From the NCBI GenBank assembly GCA_965237675.1, contig OZ250150.1, positions 1,888,001-1,952,000 on the forward strand: DNA of 64,000 nt. Direction: 5' to 3'. The position numbers and the translations under genes are program-made. Below the pieces are notes generated by a model. The model was not told the origin of the DNA and made no database searches. It saw only the letters and a program-made list of their open reading frames with translations. Source of the stretch: Candidatus Latescibacterota bacterium. Lineage in GTDB: Bacteria > Latescibacterota > UBA2968 > GCA-2709665. Below, one piece after another: positions 39,121-48,551 of the stretch (position 1 is its first letter; every line of letters starts with the position of its first letter).

Positions 39121-40203
39121 TTACGGCGTGTAGATCAGGACCTCATCCGTCGATTCCAGATCATTCCAGCCACCGGAAACCAGAACGCGACCGTCGTTGA
39201 GCACGGTTACAGTATACAAGTCTCGATTCGAACCTATGCTATGCCCCGTCCGTGTGGAAGTACCCGTGGCTGGATCATAAAGCACCACTTCCCGGACGCT
39301 CAAAGTAAAGACTTTGCCGGTCGGCATCAGAAAGGCGGTACGGATTGCTTCTATTGCTGTATTGCCTCCGGGTGAAAACGTCTCCGTAGCAAGGTCGAAA
39401 AACTCGGCGGTCTGTACGTCTTCAGATGCGTTGATATCACCCTTGCGCCCGCCAATGATCAACACCCTGCCGTCGCGGAGAAGCATTGCTTTGTGTCCCC
39501 ACCGTTCGTTGTTCAGATCGCCGACGGCCTTGAACGAATTGGTTTCTGGGTCGTAAATCTCGGAGCCCTTAACCATTTCGCCGGCGCTTATTCCACCTGC
39601 GAGAAGTACACGCCCATCGTGTAATAAAGTCGCCGAATGACCGTCGCGAGGGAAAATCATCCTTTTCACGGAAGAGAATTCTCCCGTATCAGGGTTGTAA
39701 ACTGTGGTGTTACCCTGTTCATCAGATACGAAAACACCTCCGGTCTGAAGTAGAGTTACCGTACGCGGGTGTCCACGCATTGGAAGGTACGCCGTAGCCG
39801 AGAATCTCCTGGTCTGTGGGTCGTATATCTCCACGGGTTTGTCGCGAAAACCGATCAATACGACCCGGCCGTCCCGTAGCAATAAACCTTTGTCGTATTG
39901 TCGAGCTTGGGTCAGATTTCCCGTTGGCGATGAGGTTCCGTTTTCAGGATTGAATATCTCCGCACTGTTGTGCATCATTGCCGGTGAAGAGTGCCCCGGA
40001 CGATCCGTTTCAACGCCACCAGCAAATAGAACCTGCCCGTTCTTCAATTGTACCGCGACATGCCAGAATCGCTTCGTCGTCATTCTTCCGGCAATTTCGA
40101 ATCCCGGTGCATTAACTGACTGCTCCGATTCGGTTGGCACACTTCCACCACAGCCCAGAAAACATAGGACAAAAAAAAGCTTAGTCACAGATTTGGCTGG
40201 CAT
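39121..40203 (-). CDS. Kelch-repeat beta-propeller lipoprotein
   Basis: Lipobox FLGC; HSATLLHDGRVLLAGG repeats; paralogue of 32569..33651. Confidence 0.92.
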   Translation of the reverse strand: MPAKSVTKLFFVLCFLGCGGSVPTESEQSVNAPGFEIAGRMTTKRFWHVAVQLKNGQVLFAGGVETDRPGHSSPAMMHNSAEIFNPENGTSSPTGNLTQARQYDKGLLLRDGRVVLIGFRDKPVEIYDPQTRRFSATAYLPMRGHPRTVTLLQTGGVFVSDEQGNTTVYNPDTGEFSSVKRMIFPRDGHSATLLHDGRVLLAGGISAGEMVKGSEIYDPETNSFKAVGDLNNERWGHKAMLLRDGRVLIIGGRKGDINASEDVQTAEFFDLATETFSPGGNTAIEAIRTAFLMPTGKVFTLSVREVVLYDPATGTSTRTGHSIGSNRDLYTVTVLNDGRVLVSGGWNDLESTDEVLIYTP

Positions 40204-40464
40204 GGTTTGGTGTTTGCCTCCTTTCGAACCGCGAAATCCATCGATGTTCTTTCAACACCGGTGTCCCACGTGTTCCTAATCCACCGTTATAGACTCCCGC
40301 TTTTCCCATTCACCGAGCACCTTACCCAGTCCCGCCAGAATTCGCACAGCTATGGACTTTCGCTCCGCCGACTCGACCTGAGATGGACAACGAGTCACTT
40401 TGCCCTTACGTCCACGTGAATAGCATGTCATCGTACGGTTTGCGTTCCCCAGCCGCCTGAATTT

Positions 40465-42897
40465 TCACTCAATCACCCGGAACAACGCGTCGCGCGCCAC
40501 CACCTGACCGCCGTGCAAATCTTTGACCCGCACCGACAGGCGGTGCACACCCACAGGTACGTGGCTCAGGTCAATCTGCAGATACGTGAAGTCATCCTCG
40601 CGATCCCCCTCATACCGCGCGGTAATCGTCGTCTCCATCCCCTCTTTGCTTCGGCCCAATTTCTTGATCCGGCTGGCAAGTTTTTCCTCATCCGGAAACA
40701 CAAACCTTGCCCGGTACGTCAACTCATCCTTCTTATGCGCGTCGAAATAGTCCTGAACCACTACTGGTGGCGCGACCGGCAAACCCTGATGAGGCTGGTC
40801 TTCTTCGTCCGCCGCTCGTAATGGCCGGCGCATGCCCGACTCACGCGTCTTGGAAACGCGAGTCACCTCCAATTGCTTGCCCCCCTCGGGCAACCGTTGC
40901 GCCACGAACAGGTACGGATCGATCTTCTTCTGCTCCGGCCGGCCGATCCGATACGCGATCTCGTACTCCGTCCGTCCGAATTCGTCCCGCTCCAGATTGT
41001 ACACATCCAGGTAGATGAACGCGGGTTCGGACCGATGGTAGGTCCGCAGCGGATTTGCCACAATGTCCATGTCCGACCGCCCCTCGGGAAAGGGCGTTCG
41101 CGTTTCAATCCGCACCGCCAGCAACAGATCGCTCATGGTCAGCGAAGAATCCCCCGTCTCGAACCTGCGCTGTTCCCGAAACGTCCCGATCGATCCCTGC
41201 TTCCGGTCCCGCACCTCGCCCACCAGATTGTAGGCACCGGGTGCCAGCCGGAATGCCAACTGAAACACCAGATGACTATTCCGCAAGCTGTCCACAGCGG
41301 GATACCCACTGGGCGTTATCTCTGGCCACCTCAATTTGAGATCCGACGTCTTCCGATACGCCTCGTCCCAGTGCTCGTCAAAAAGAAATACGCCGTTCTC
41401 GAGAGCAATGCTCCTGTCCGAATCCGATACGGTCACATTGTATTTGGGCAGCGCATACGCCAGTTCCACGCGGAGGCTGTCCCCGTCCTTGAAGCTTGCA
41501 ACCTGGTAAGGCACGCTGTATTTCTTCCGACCATAGGGATCGACATATCGCGGCCGATCCGGTAAACGAGATGGAGAGAAGCCGTGGAATCCATCCGATA
41601 TCTGAAAATCAACCCGAAAACCCTCATAAAACCATGTCTCCTTCTGCATCGTCAGTTTCCAGGGTATCCTCCTTCCTGGAAGAGATCTGCCGAAGGTGCT
41701 GGGCTTGTCTATCGGGATGGTGGATATTGTCGGCCGTCGCATCCGTCGGTCGAGATATCGTCCCAGTTTGATATAGGCTTTGCCCATATCCGTCCGCCAG
41801 CCCTCAATGCCCTTCGAGGGTCGACTGAACCGCAGATTCGCATAAGCTACCCGGCCGTAGTGCTCCATGCGGCGTTCGTTGAATTCAGTCAGAAACAGAG
41901 GATCCTGACGCCGCCAAAACCGAATTCGCTCGACACTATCTACCCAGGGTTGAGTAACATCTCCGCCTGCCTTTTGCTCAGAACGTAAGTCTACAAGCTT
42001 TGCGCGATCTTCGTCCTGAACAATGTTCTCTACTGATTCCATCACTGCTCGCTCATCCGGCACCATTCTTTGAAGCGCACGGGTATAGAATTCATGCGCC
42101 AATACTTCCTCCCCCATTGCCTGGTATCCGAGCCCACAGAAGAGCAGTGCGTCCTTGTCATCAGGGACGCGCTCCAAAAGCAGGTTTGCCACCCGTATCA
42201 ATTCTATGGGCCGATTCGTTTCAAGGCAGGCAAGCCCAAGTTGAAAATACGCATCTTTGAAATGAGGGTCTGCCTCGATACACGTCTTCAAATACGAGAC
42301 GGCTTCATTCAGTTCCTCAATGCCAAAACCACTCCACGAGTGTCTGTTACGTGCATGTTCTCTCCAGTTGAATCCGGACACCATGTTCATCATGACCATA
42401 TTGTTATATTTCATGAAGTTCTTGATTCCATAGTGGCCGATCATATAGGCTGCCTTTGCGTTTTTGGGATCGAGCTCCAGAACGTTTTTGTACTCGTTTA
42501 CTGCATTGTGCCAGGATCCCTGCGCCCACAAGATATCCCCCGTCGCGAGGCGATAGGTCACATTGTCACGATCCAGACGAACGGCATTTTTAACGGCCTT
42601 CCAGGCGCTATGGCGGTCCATGGGGGTGTCAAGGGACATATACAGTTTTGCGACTTCATAATGCGCCCGTGCATGGTCCCGATCCTCCCTCAATACTTGC
42701 CGGAAGGCCTCCAGACTCTCCTTCGCGGTGACACGACCGACCTGCTCCAACGCCGTCTCGTAGAGCATGTTGGCAACCTGCTTCTTGCCGGCGGCGATCG
42801 GTGTCACGAGGAAGAATCCGACACATAGGAAGGCAGAAGCCATTGAAGTCAACCTTGTGCGGCGTCTCCGCATATGAAGACCTCGGTTGATTGACAT
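40465..42897 (-). CDS. Exported TPR + GWxTD-domain protein (canonical GWRTD motif)
   Basis: FWRRQDP..NERRMEHYGRVAYA and EGWRTDMGKAYIKLG; TPRs; signal peptide. Confidence 0.9.
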   Translation of the reverse strand: MSINRGLHMRRRRTRLTSMASAFLCVGFFLVTPIAAGKKQVANMLYETALEQVGRVTAKESLEAFRQVLREDRDHARAHYEVAKLYMSLDTPMDRHSAWKAVKNAVRLDRDNVTYRLATGDILWAQGSWHNAVNEYKNVLELDPKNAKAAYMIGHYGIKNFMKYNNMVMMNMVSGFNWREHARNRHSWSGFGIEELNEAVSYLKTCIEADPHFKDAYFQLGLACLETNRPIELIRVANLLLERVPDDKDALLFCGLGYQAMGEEVLAHEFYTRALQRMVPDERAVMESVENIVQDEDRAKLVDLRSEQKAGGDVTQPWVDSVERIRFWRRQDPLFLTEFNERRMEHYGRVAYANLRFSRPSKGIEGWRTDMGKAYIKLGRYLDRRMRRPTISTIPIDKPSTFGRSLPGRRIPWKLTMQKETWFYEGFRVDFQISDGFHGFSPSRLPDRPRYVDPYGRKKYSVPYQVASFKDGDSLRVELAYALPKYNVTVSDSDRSIALENGVFLFDEHWDEAYRKTSDLKLRWPEITPSGYPAVDSLRNSHLVFQLAFRLAPGAYNLVGEVRDRKQGSIGTFREQRRFETGDSSLTMSDLLLAVRIETRTPFPEGRSDMDIVANPLRTYHRSEPAFIYLDVYNLERDEFGRTEYEIAYRIGRPEQKKIDPYLFVAQRLPEGGKQLEVTRVSKTRESGMRRPLRAADEEDQPHQGLPVAPPVVVQDYFDAHKKDELTYRARFVFPDEEKLASRIKKLGRSKEGMETTITARYEGDREDDFTYLQIDLSHVPVGVHRLSVRVKDLHGGQVVARDALFRVIE

Positions 42898-43083
42898 TTC
42901 AAGACCCCTCAAGCTCTCGTCGTGGGTATCTGAATACTACTGATGCTTGATTTGGAATGCCCAAAGCCCGCAGCGTTTGTCCCGTCAATACTGATCCGGA
43001 CCTGGAATCTTGCCAGATGCTGCCGCGATGAGCCAACGGGCGCATAAATCCTTCCGATACATCAATATACCTGACACATAGGT

Positions 43084-45469
43084 CTATCGAATCGCAAACG
43101 AAACTGCCGACGTTGCGCGGCTATCTGCAATCTCATCCGAAACCTTGACGATCAACAACTGGTGCCCCGGATCCGTATTCGACATATCCAGTTCCAGGTA
43201 TCCGTACTCGTCGGATCTGTCTCCTTCGTGTGCATATTCCACGGTGACAACCTCCGCCTTATGATCGATGCCGACCAACCTCCCAAGCGCCTTCAACGTC
43301 CTTACCGCGATATTTCCCTTATTTAGCGAATGCAGTTCGTACGATACCCGGTACTTTGTCGCACCGAATTCATCTTTCTTCAGGTTGTATAACTCGTAAT
43401 AGACTAACACCGGCTGCCCCGCCAGATAGAACAGACTCGGATTGGGCACCACCTCGATCTTCCCTTTCGTGAATTTGCTGCCCCGGCTGGGACGGATCAG
43501 TGCCGCCATTTCGATATCGCTCACCCTCAGCGAATCATCGCCAAACGGAGAGAGGACCACCTCGCGGTTGTAGACCTGGGATTTATCCGACGACGTGTCC
43601 AGAATCTGCACCGAAAGACGATAAGTACCGGGCGCCACAGAAAGACGGTCCATCTCCGGCACAAATGCGATCTGCGTGGTATCCACCGGTCCCGACGTGT
43701 ATAGCTCCATTTCCTCACTCGACCGATACACCGGCTTGTTATCCTCGTCGTACAGCGCCACGCCACGCTTTAAATATGCTGTCAGCCTTCCATCCGCTCC
43801 CTCTACGTAGTTGAGGTCTCGCGTCGGAATGCCGTAATAGACCTCCAGATTGACCGAACGGTCGTCTGCCTTGAATCGGGCCGAGTCAAAATAGAAATCA
43901 AGGGGAGCCGTCGCGAAATCCTGCTCGTAAATCTCCGGGGTCTTGCGCGCCACGCGATGCATCACCAAACCGGGGTTCAAATGTTGCCAGGTCAAATTCG
44001 ACCTGAACTGAATAGCAGTCCGGGGCTTGTTTTCCCGGAGCCCGTCATAAGTTGGGTTTTCTGGTTCCTTTATCGGGTTCCGACCTGTGATCTCATCCAC
44101 CCAGACATCGGCGCTCGCATGCGGCATCTCCGCGTACTTGTAAGGGCCCGGCGTGTATTTCTGTACGAACGTCACTTCTATGCCACGCCCTACATTCGTA
44201 TAAATCCAGTACTCCCAAACGCCACGAACGGGGTATACCGGATAACCCAAAATGGTGGATAGACTCCGAAGGTCATCCAGGCCTGGCCCACTGCCACCAT
44301 AAAAATTAATCATACGCCGGCCTAATAGTAAGAGCTGCAAGGCTCCACCCGCCTGGTTCATGAGTCGGTCCTTCACTGCCAGGACCCCTGGATGCGTCTC
44401 AAATCGGATGTCTCCAGAGGAACTGACATGATCCGGCTCTCCATAACGCACATATACCTCTCCACGCCCGTCCCAGGGAAACTCGTACTCGCCAAAATGC
44501 TCTCGGGCATACGCCACACGGCGACAGTGCTCTATCCACCGTTCGTTGGCCGCAGTCGCTAGCGCAGGGTCCCGGCCCGCCCAGAAGCCCTCAGACAGCA
44601 CCTTGCGTTCCTCTTCAGGAGCCCCTTGAAATCGGCTCAATTCGTCCCCAATCGCCACCAGGCTTAAATCATAGTAGACCGCCCGTTCCTCAGGTTCCAA
44701 GCCGTCAATGAAAGCTTCGAGCAGAGGGTCCGCGAGATCGTGGTCCCTGGCTGTCTGGTGCACCTCCACAAGTTCCAGCAGCGCGCGCCGCTGATGGGCA
44801 TTCGGCGTATCCACAACGGCTTTGAGCATTGCCAACGCTTCATCCGTCCGCCCGGATTCTTTCATTATCTGGCCGAGATACGTCCGTGCACCGAAATGTT
44901 GTGGATTCACCTCAATCTGCCGCCGGTACGCATCCTGCGCCTTTCGAGCATTTCGAGATCGTCCCGCCTCGCCATACGTATAGATCCTCCCAATCTGGAA
45001 CCAGGCGTCTGAATGTTCGGGGTCGACCTTTACCAATCTCTCGTAGGTATCCAACTCCTTGGTATCGCCGATCTCTCGGTACACCTGCGCAAGGTTTATA
45101 TACGCCTCGATATACCCGCGGTCCGCCTGGTACGCACTTCGAAAATACTTGATTGCCCAATCCCGCATCTTGTCCGTATCCCGAAACACCAACCCCAGGC
45201 CATTCAGCGCGGGCGCGTAGTTCTTCCGCTTTCAGGTGTACATGACCCAACCCCACATAAGACGGGGCATGTTTCGTGTTGATCACCAGCACCGCGTGAA
45301 ACCGCGCGGCGGCGGCCAGTGAATCTCGTTCTGCCAGTTGTGTTCCCTTTTGGTACAGTAGATCAACTCTGTCAGCGTCCTCCTGGGACAAAGCGCCCAC
45401 CGGTGCTTTGGTGGTCGCCAGGACAATGACGGTCAGGATAACGGGCAGCTTCATCGTTACTGGATTCAT
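43084..45469 (-). pseudogene. TPR + GWxTD-domain gene frameshifted by an about 50-nt deletion near 45230
   Basis: N-terminus (44912..45469 ORF) and body (43084..45192 ORF) both align to neighbour 45513..47990; 50 nt are missing between GHVHLK and RKNYAPAL. Confidence 0.85.
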
Positions 45470-45512
45470 TTATCGGCCCCTTCGAACCAGGGAGAAAACC
45501 AGACACAGCATT

Positions 45513-47990
45513 TCATTGGATCGAAAACGACGCAGTAGACGCGGCCTTTTGGCCGCTATTCTCATCCGTCACTTGAACCACCAATGTCTGTTTTCCCGGC
45601 TCGGTGTTAGACATATCCAATTCGAGATATCCAAAGTCATCCACCTGGATACCAACGTGCTCATACTCGATATTGATCACCTCTCCCTCATCGCGCATTC
45701 CCAGAAGTTTCCCTAAAGCCGCAAGTACATCTACCCTGACGAGCCTCTTTTCCACTCCGCGTATTTCATGGGAGACGTTGTACCTGGTTGCTCCGTATTC
45801 ATCCCGCTTCAAATTGTAAATTTCATAATATAGGAACACCGACTGACTCGACAGAAACACCCGACTCGGATTTGGGATCACCTGGATATCGCGCTTGCCA
45901 AACTCGCCGCCGCCCTGCGGCCTGATTGACGCGGCCAGCTGGATATCACTCACCATCAAGGTCTCACCTTCAAACGAATTCATCAGTGTCTGTTGGTTGT
46001 AGACCTGGGATTTTTCCGACGTTTGATCCAGGATCTGCAAGTCCATTCGATATTTTCCCGGCGCCATCGACACCCGATCCATTGCCGGAACAAAGGCAAT
46101 CTGCGTCGTATCCAGGGGCCCCTCGGAATAAAGCTCCATATCTTCAGCGGATCGGTGAACACGACGGCCGTCTTCATCGAACAGCGCAAACCCCCGCTTC
46201 AGGAATGCCGTAGCCTTGCCGTCCTCGCCGGTTCTAAACGAAAGATCTTTAACAGGAATACCATAGTAAATCTCCAACATCACAGCGCCGTCCATTCCTT
46301 TGAATCTGGCCGAATCATAGAAGAAATCCAGTGGAGCCGTGGCGAAATCCGGACGATAGACCGATGGCGTTTTCGCAGCTGCCCAGTTCACCACAACCCT
46401 GGGATTTGTTCGTTGCCACAACTGGGCAATAATGGGGTTGGGTTCACCGATCGACAACGGCGGGTCTGCGTATTTGTAGGGACCCGGGAAATATGGCTGG
46501 GTGAAGGTGACTTCGATCCCTCGTCCTACATCGGTATATATCCAGTATTCCCAGACCTTATCCAGAACCGTATAGATCGGCCAACCCCGGATCGTACCTT
46601 TGCCCATCAATGCTCCGGAACGTGCGTAAGTCTCGTCGACCGAGGTCGTCATGCTCGCACCTTCGGATCGTTCAACGCCGCTCTCGCTCTGAGCACTTCG
46701 GTAGTGGCCGGTTGCCCCAATTTCCCTGAGCGTAGAACTCATCGGGCCAATAGCGTTCTTGGCTGTCTCTGCAGTTGCCCAACCCTCGCGAGCCTGCAAC
46801 AGAGAACCGACCGCATCACGCGCCTGGTTCATCAGCCTCTCTTTCACGGCGACGACCCTCGGTTCCGTCTCAAACAGGATGTTATCCGACCGACTTATGT
46901 GATCCGGCTCCCCAAACCGCACATAGACCTCCCCGCGCGCATCCCACGGAAATCCGAATTTGCCGAAATTCTCGCGCGCATACGCCACCCGGCGGCAATG
47001 CTCAATCCAGCGTTCGTTGGCTGCCGTCACCGGCGCCGGGTCCCGACCCGCCCAGAAGGCTTCAGATAGCGCTATGCGTTCCTCATCGGGCGTCGCCTCG
47101 AAACGCGTCAGTTCGTCTCCGATCGCCACCAGGCTCAAATCATAGTATACAGCCTGCTCGTCGGGTGCCAGACCTTCCAGGAAAGCATCCAGAAGTACTT
47201 CCGACACGTCGTGGTCGCGGGCACGCTGATACACCTCCGCCAGTTCCAGAAAAGCGCGCTGCTGATGGGCATTCGGCGTATCCACAACGGCTTTGAGCAT
47301 TGCCAACGCTTCACCTGTACGTCCGGTTTCATTCAATACTTGGCCGAGATGTAGTTGCGCTCCGAAATGCTGTGGATTCACCTCGAGTTGGCGCCGGTAA
47401 GCCGCCTCCGCTTTTTTGGTATTTCGATACCGACCCGCGACCCCATCCTTGTAAATCCTCCCAATCTGGAACCAGGCGTCGGAATGATCCGGGGCCACCT
47501 TCACCAGTTTCTTATACGTATCCAGTTCCTTCGTATCGCCAATCTCACGATACGTTTGTGCTAGGTTATAGTACGCGTCGACGTACCCGCGATCAGCTTG
47601 GTACGCACTTCGAAAATACTTGATTGCCCAATCCAGCATCTTCTCGGTTTTTCGAAACACCAGCCCCAACCCGTTCAGGGCGGGGGCATAGTTCTTCCGC
47701 TTTCGAAGAGCCTGACGAAAGGCTTTCTCAGCCTCCTTCAGGTCACCTCTTTTAAAGTAGACATGACCCAATCCGACATACGAGGGGGCATGTTTCGGGT
47801 TGATTTCGAGAGCAGCGCGAAACCGACCCGCGGCTTCATCCAGTTGACCCGCCTCAAGAGACGCCATCGCTTTTGCATAAGTCGTGTCGATCCGTGAAAC
47901 GGCGGCGGCGGAAAGCCCGCCCGCCGAAGGCTCGTTCAAAAAGAAGACCATCCCGATCGAAATAATCACACAGTGCATTTGCCAATTCAT
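45513..47990 (-). CDS. Exported TPR + GWxTD-domain protein
   Basis: Signal peptide, TPRs, FWAGRDP..NERWIEHCRRVAYA and PWDARGEVYVRFGEPD. Confidence 0.9.
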   Translation of the reverse strand: MNWQMHCVIISIGMVFFLNEPSAGGLSAAAVSRIDTTYAKAMASLEAGQLDEAAGRFRAALEINPKHAPSYVGLGHVYFKRGDLKEAEKAFRQALRKRKNYAPALNGLGLVFRKTEKMLDWAIKYFRSAYQADRGYVDAYYNLAQTYREIGDTKELDTYKKLVKVAPDHSDAWFQIGRIYKDGVAGRYRNTKKAEAAYRRQLEVNPQHFGAQLHLGQVLNETGRTGEALAMLKAVVDTPNAHQQRAFLELAEVYQRARDHDVSEVLLDAFLEGLAPDEQAVYYDLSLVAIGDELTRFEATPDEERIALSEAFWAGRDPAPVTAANERWIEHCRRVAYARENFGKFGFPWDARGEVYVRFGEPDHISRSDNILFETEPRVVAVKERLMNQARDAVGSLLQAREGWATAETAKNAIGPMSSTLREIGATGHYRSAQSESGVERSEGASMTTSVDETYARSGALMGKGTIRGWPIYTVLDKVWEYWIYTDVGRGIEVTFTQPYFPGPYKYADPPLSIGEPNPIIAQLWQRTNPRVVVNWAAAKTPSVYRPDFATAPLDFFYDSARFKGMDGAVMLEIYYGIPVKDLSFRTGEDGKATAFLKRGFALFDEDGRRVHRSAEDMELYSEGPLDTTQIAFVPAMDRVSMAPGKYRMDLQILDQTSEKSQVYNQQTLMNSFEGETLMVSDIQLAASIRPQGGGEFGKRDIQVIPNPSRVFLSSQSVFLYYEIYNLKRDEYGATRYNVSHEIRGVEKRLVRVDVLAALGKLLGMRDEGEVINIEYEHVGIQVDDFGYLELDMSNTEPGKQTLVVQVTDENSGQKAASTASFSIQ

Positions 47991-48404
47991 ATTGAACGCT
48001 CCCGGGTGAATCACACGAAACGGCCAATGCGTTTGCCTATCCTGTAGGTAAAACGACATCCCGCCCACATCTTCCAGAAGAGCCGGATTCGCCGATTCCG
48101 ACCGCGCCAAGATCGGGCAGTGCTATGCGTCTCCCTGTACAAAGACACAGGCCAGGCCGGGCGGGTTCAATAAATTAAAATTGCGATACCGGATCGGTCT
48201 GCCCTGCTTCCTACAGGCGCTCCGGGGGTCGGGTCCCCTCGGATTCTTATCAGGAGTGTGTGGTCGCTCCCCCGTCTCCCCCCGTTGCAATTTTCGTACC
48301 ACACACCAAAATAAAAAATCGCCCGTGCGTTTACGCACAAGCGAAATAAAAACAACGTCTTAAAACCTGTTTTTCGCGCTCCCACAGAACGCTTAATATT
48401 CAGA

Positions 48405-48544
48405 TGTATATATTGTATACATAGCGATCTTCTCGATGAAGCGATCTTTGGAATTTTCTGTTATAAATTTCGAAAAAATAAACTGTTATGATATACACAA
48501 CATTGTCTACGTAGTCGCGGGCGTTACTGTATACAATGTATACA
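48405..48544. promoter_or_regulatory. AT-rich region with TGT-N10/11-ACA boxes (candidate regulator binding sites)
   Basis: TGTATATATTGTATACA (48405-48421), TGTTATGATATACACA (48484-48499) and TGTATACAATGTATACA (48528-48544). Confidence 0.5.
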
Positions 48545-48551
48545 TATCCCC

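Noticed and set aside
37168-48133. Sigma54 -24/-12 promoters upstream of GWxTD genes
   Set aside because: Candidates inspected (TGGAAACACATTGC near 37270, TGGCAAGATTCCAGG near 43010, TGGCGCGGTCGGAAT near 48105) have wrong spacing or lack the GC
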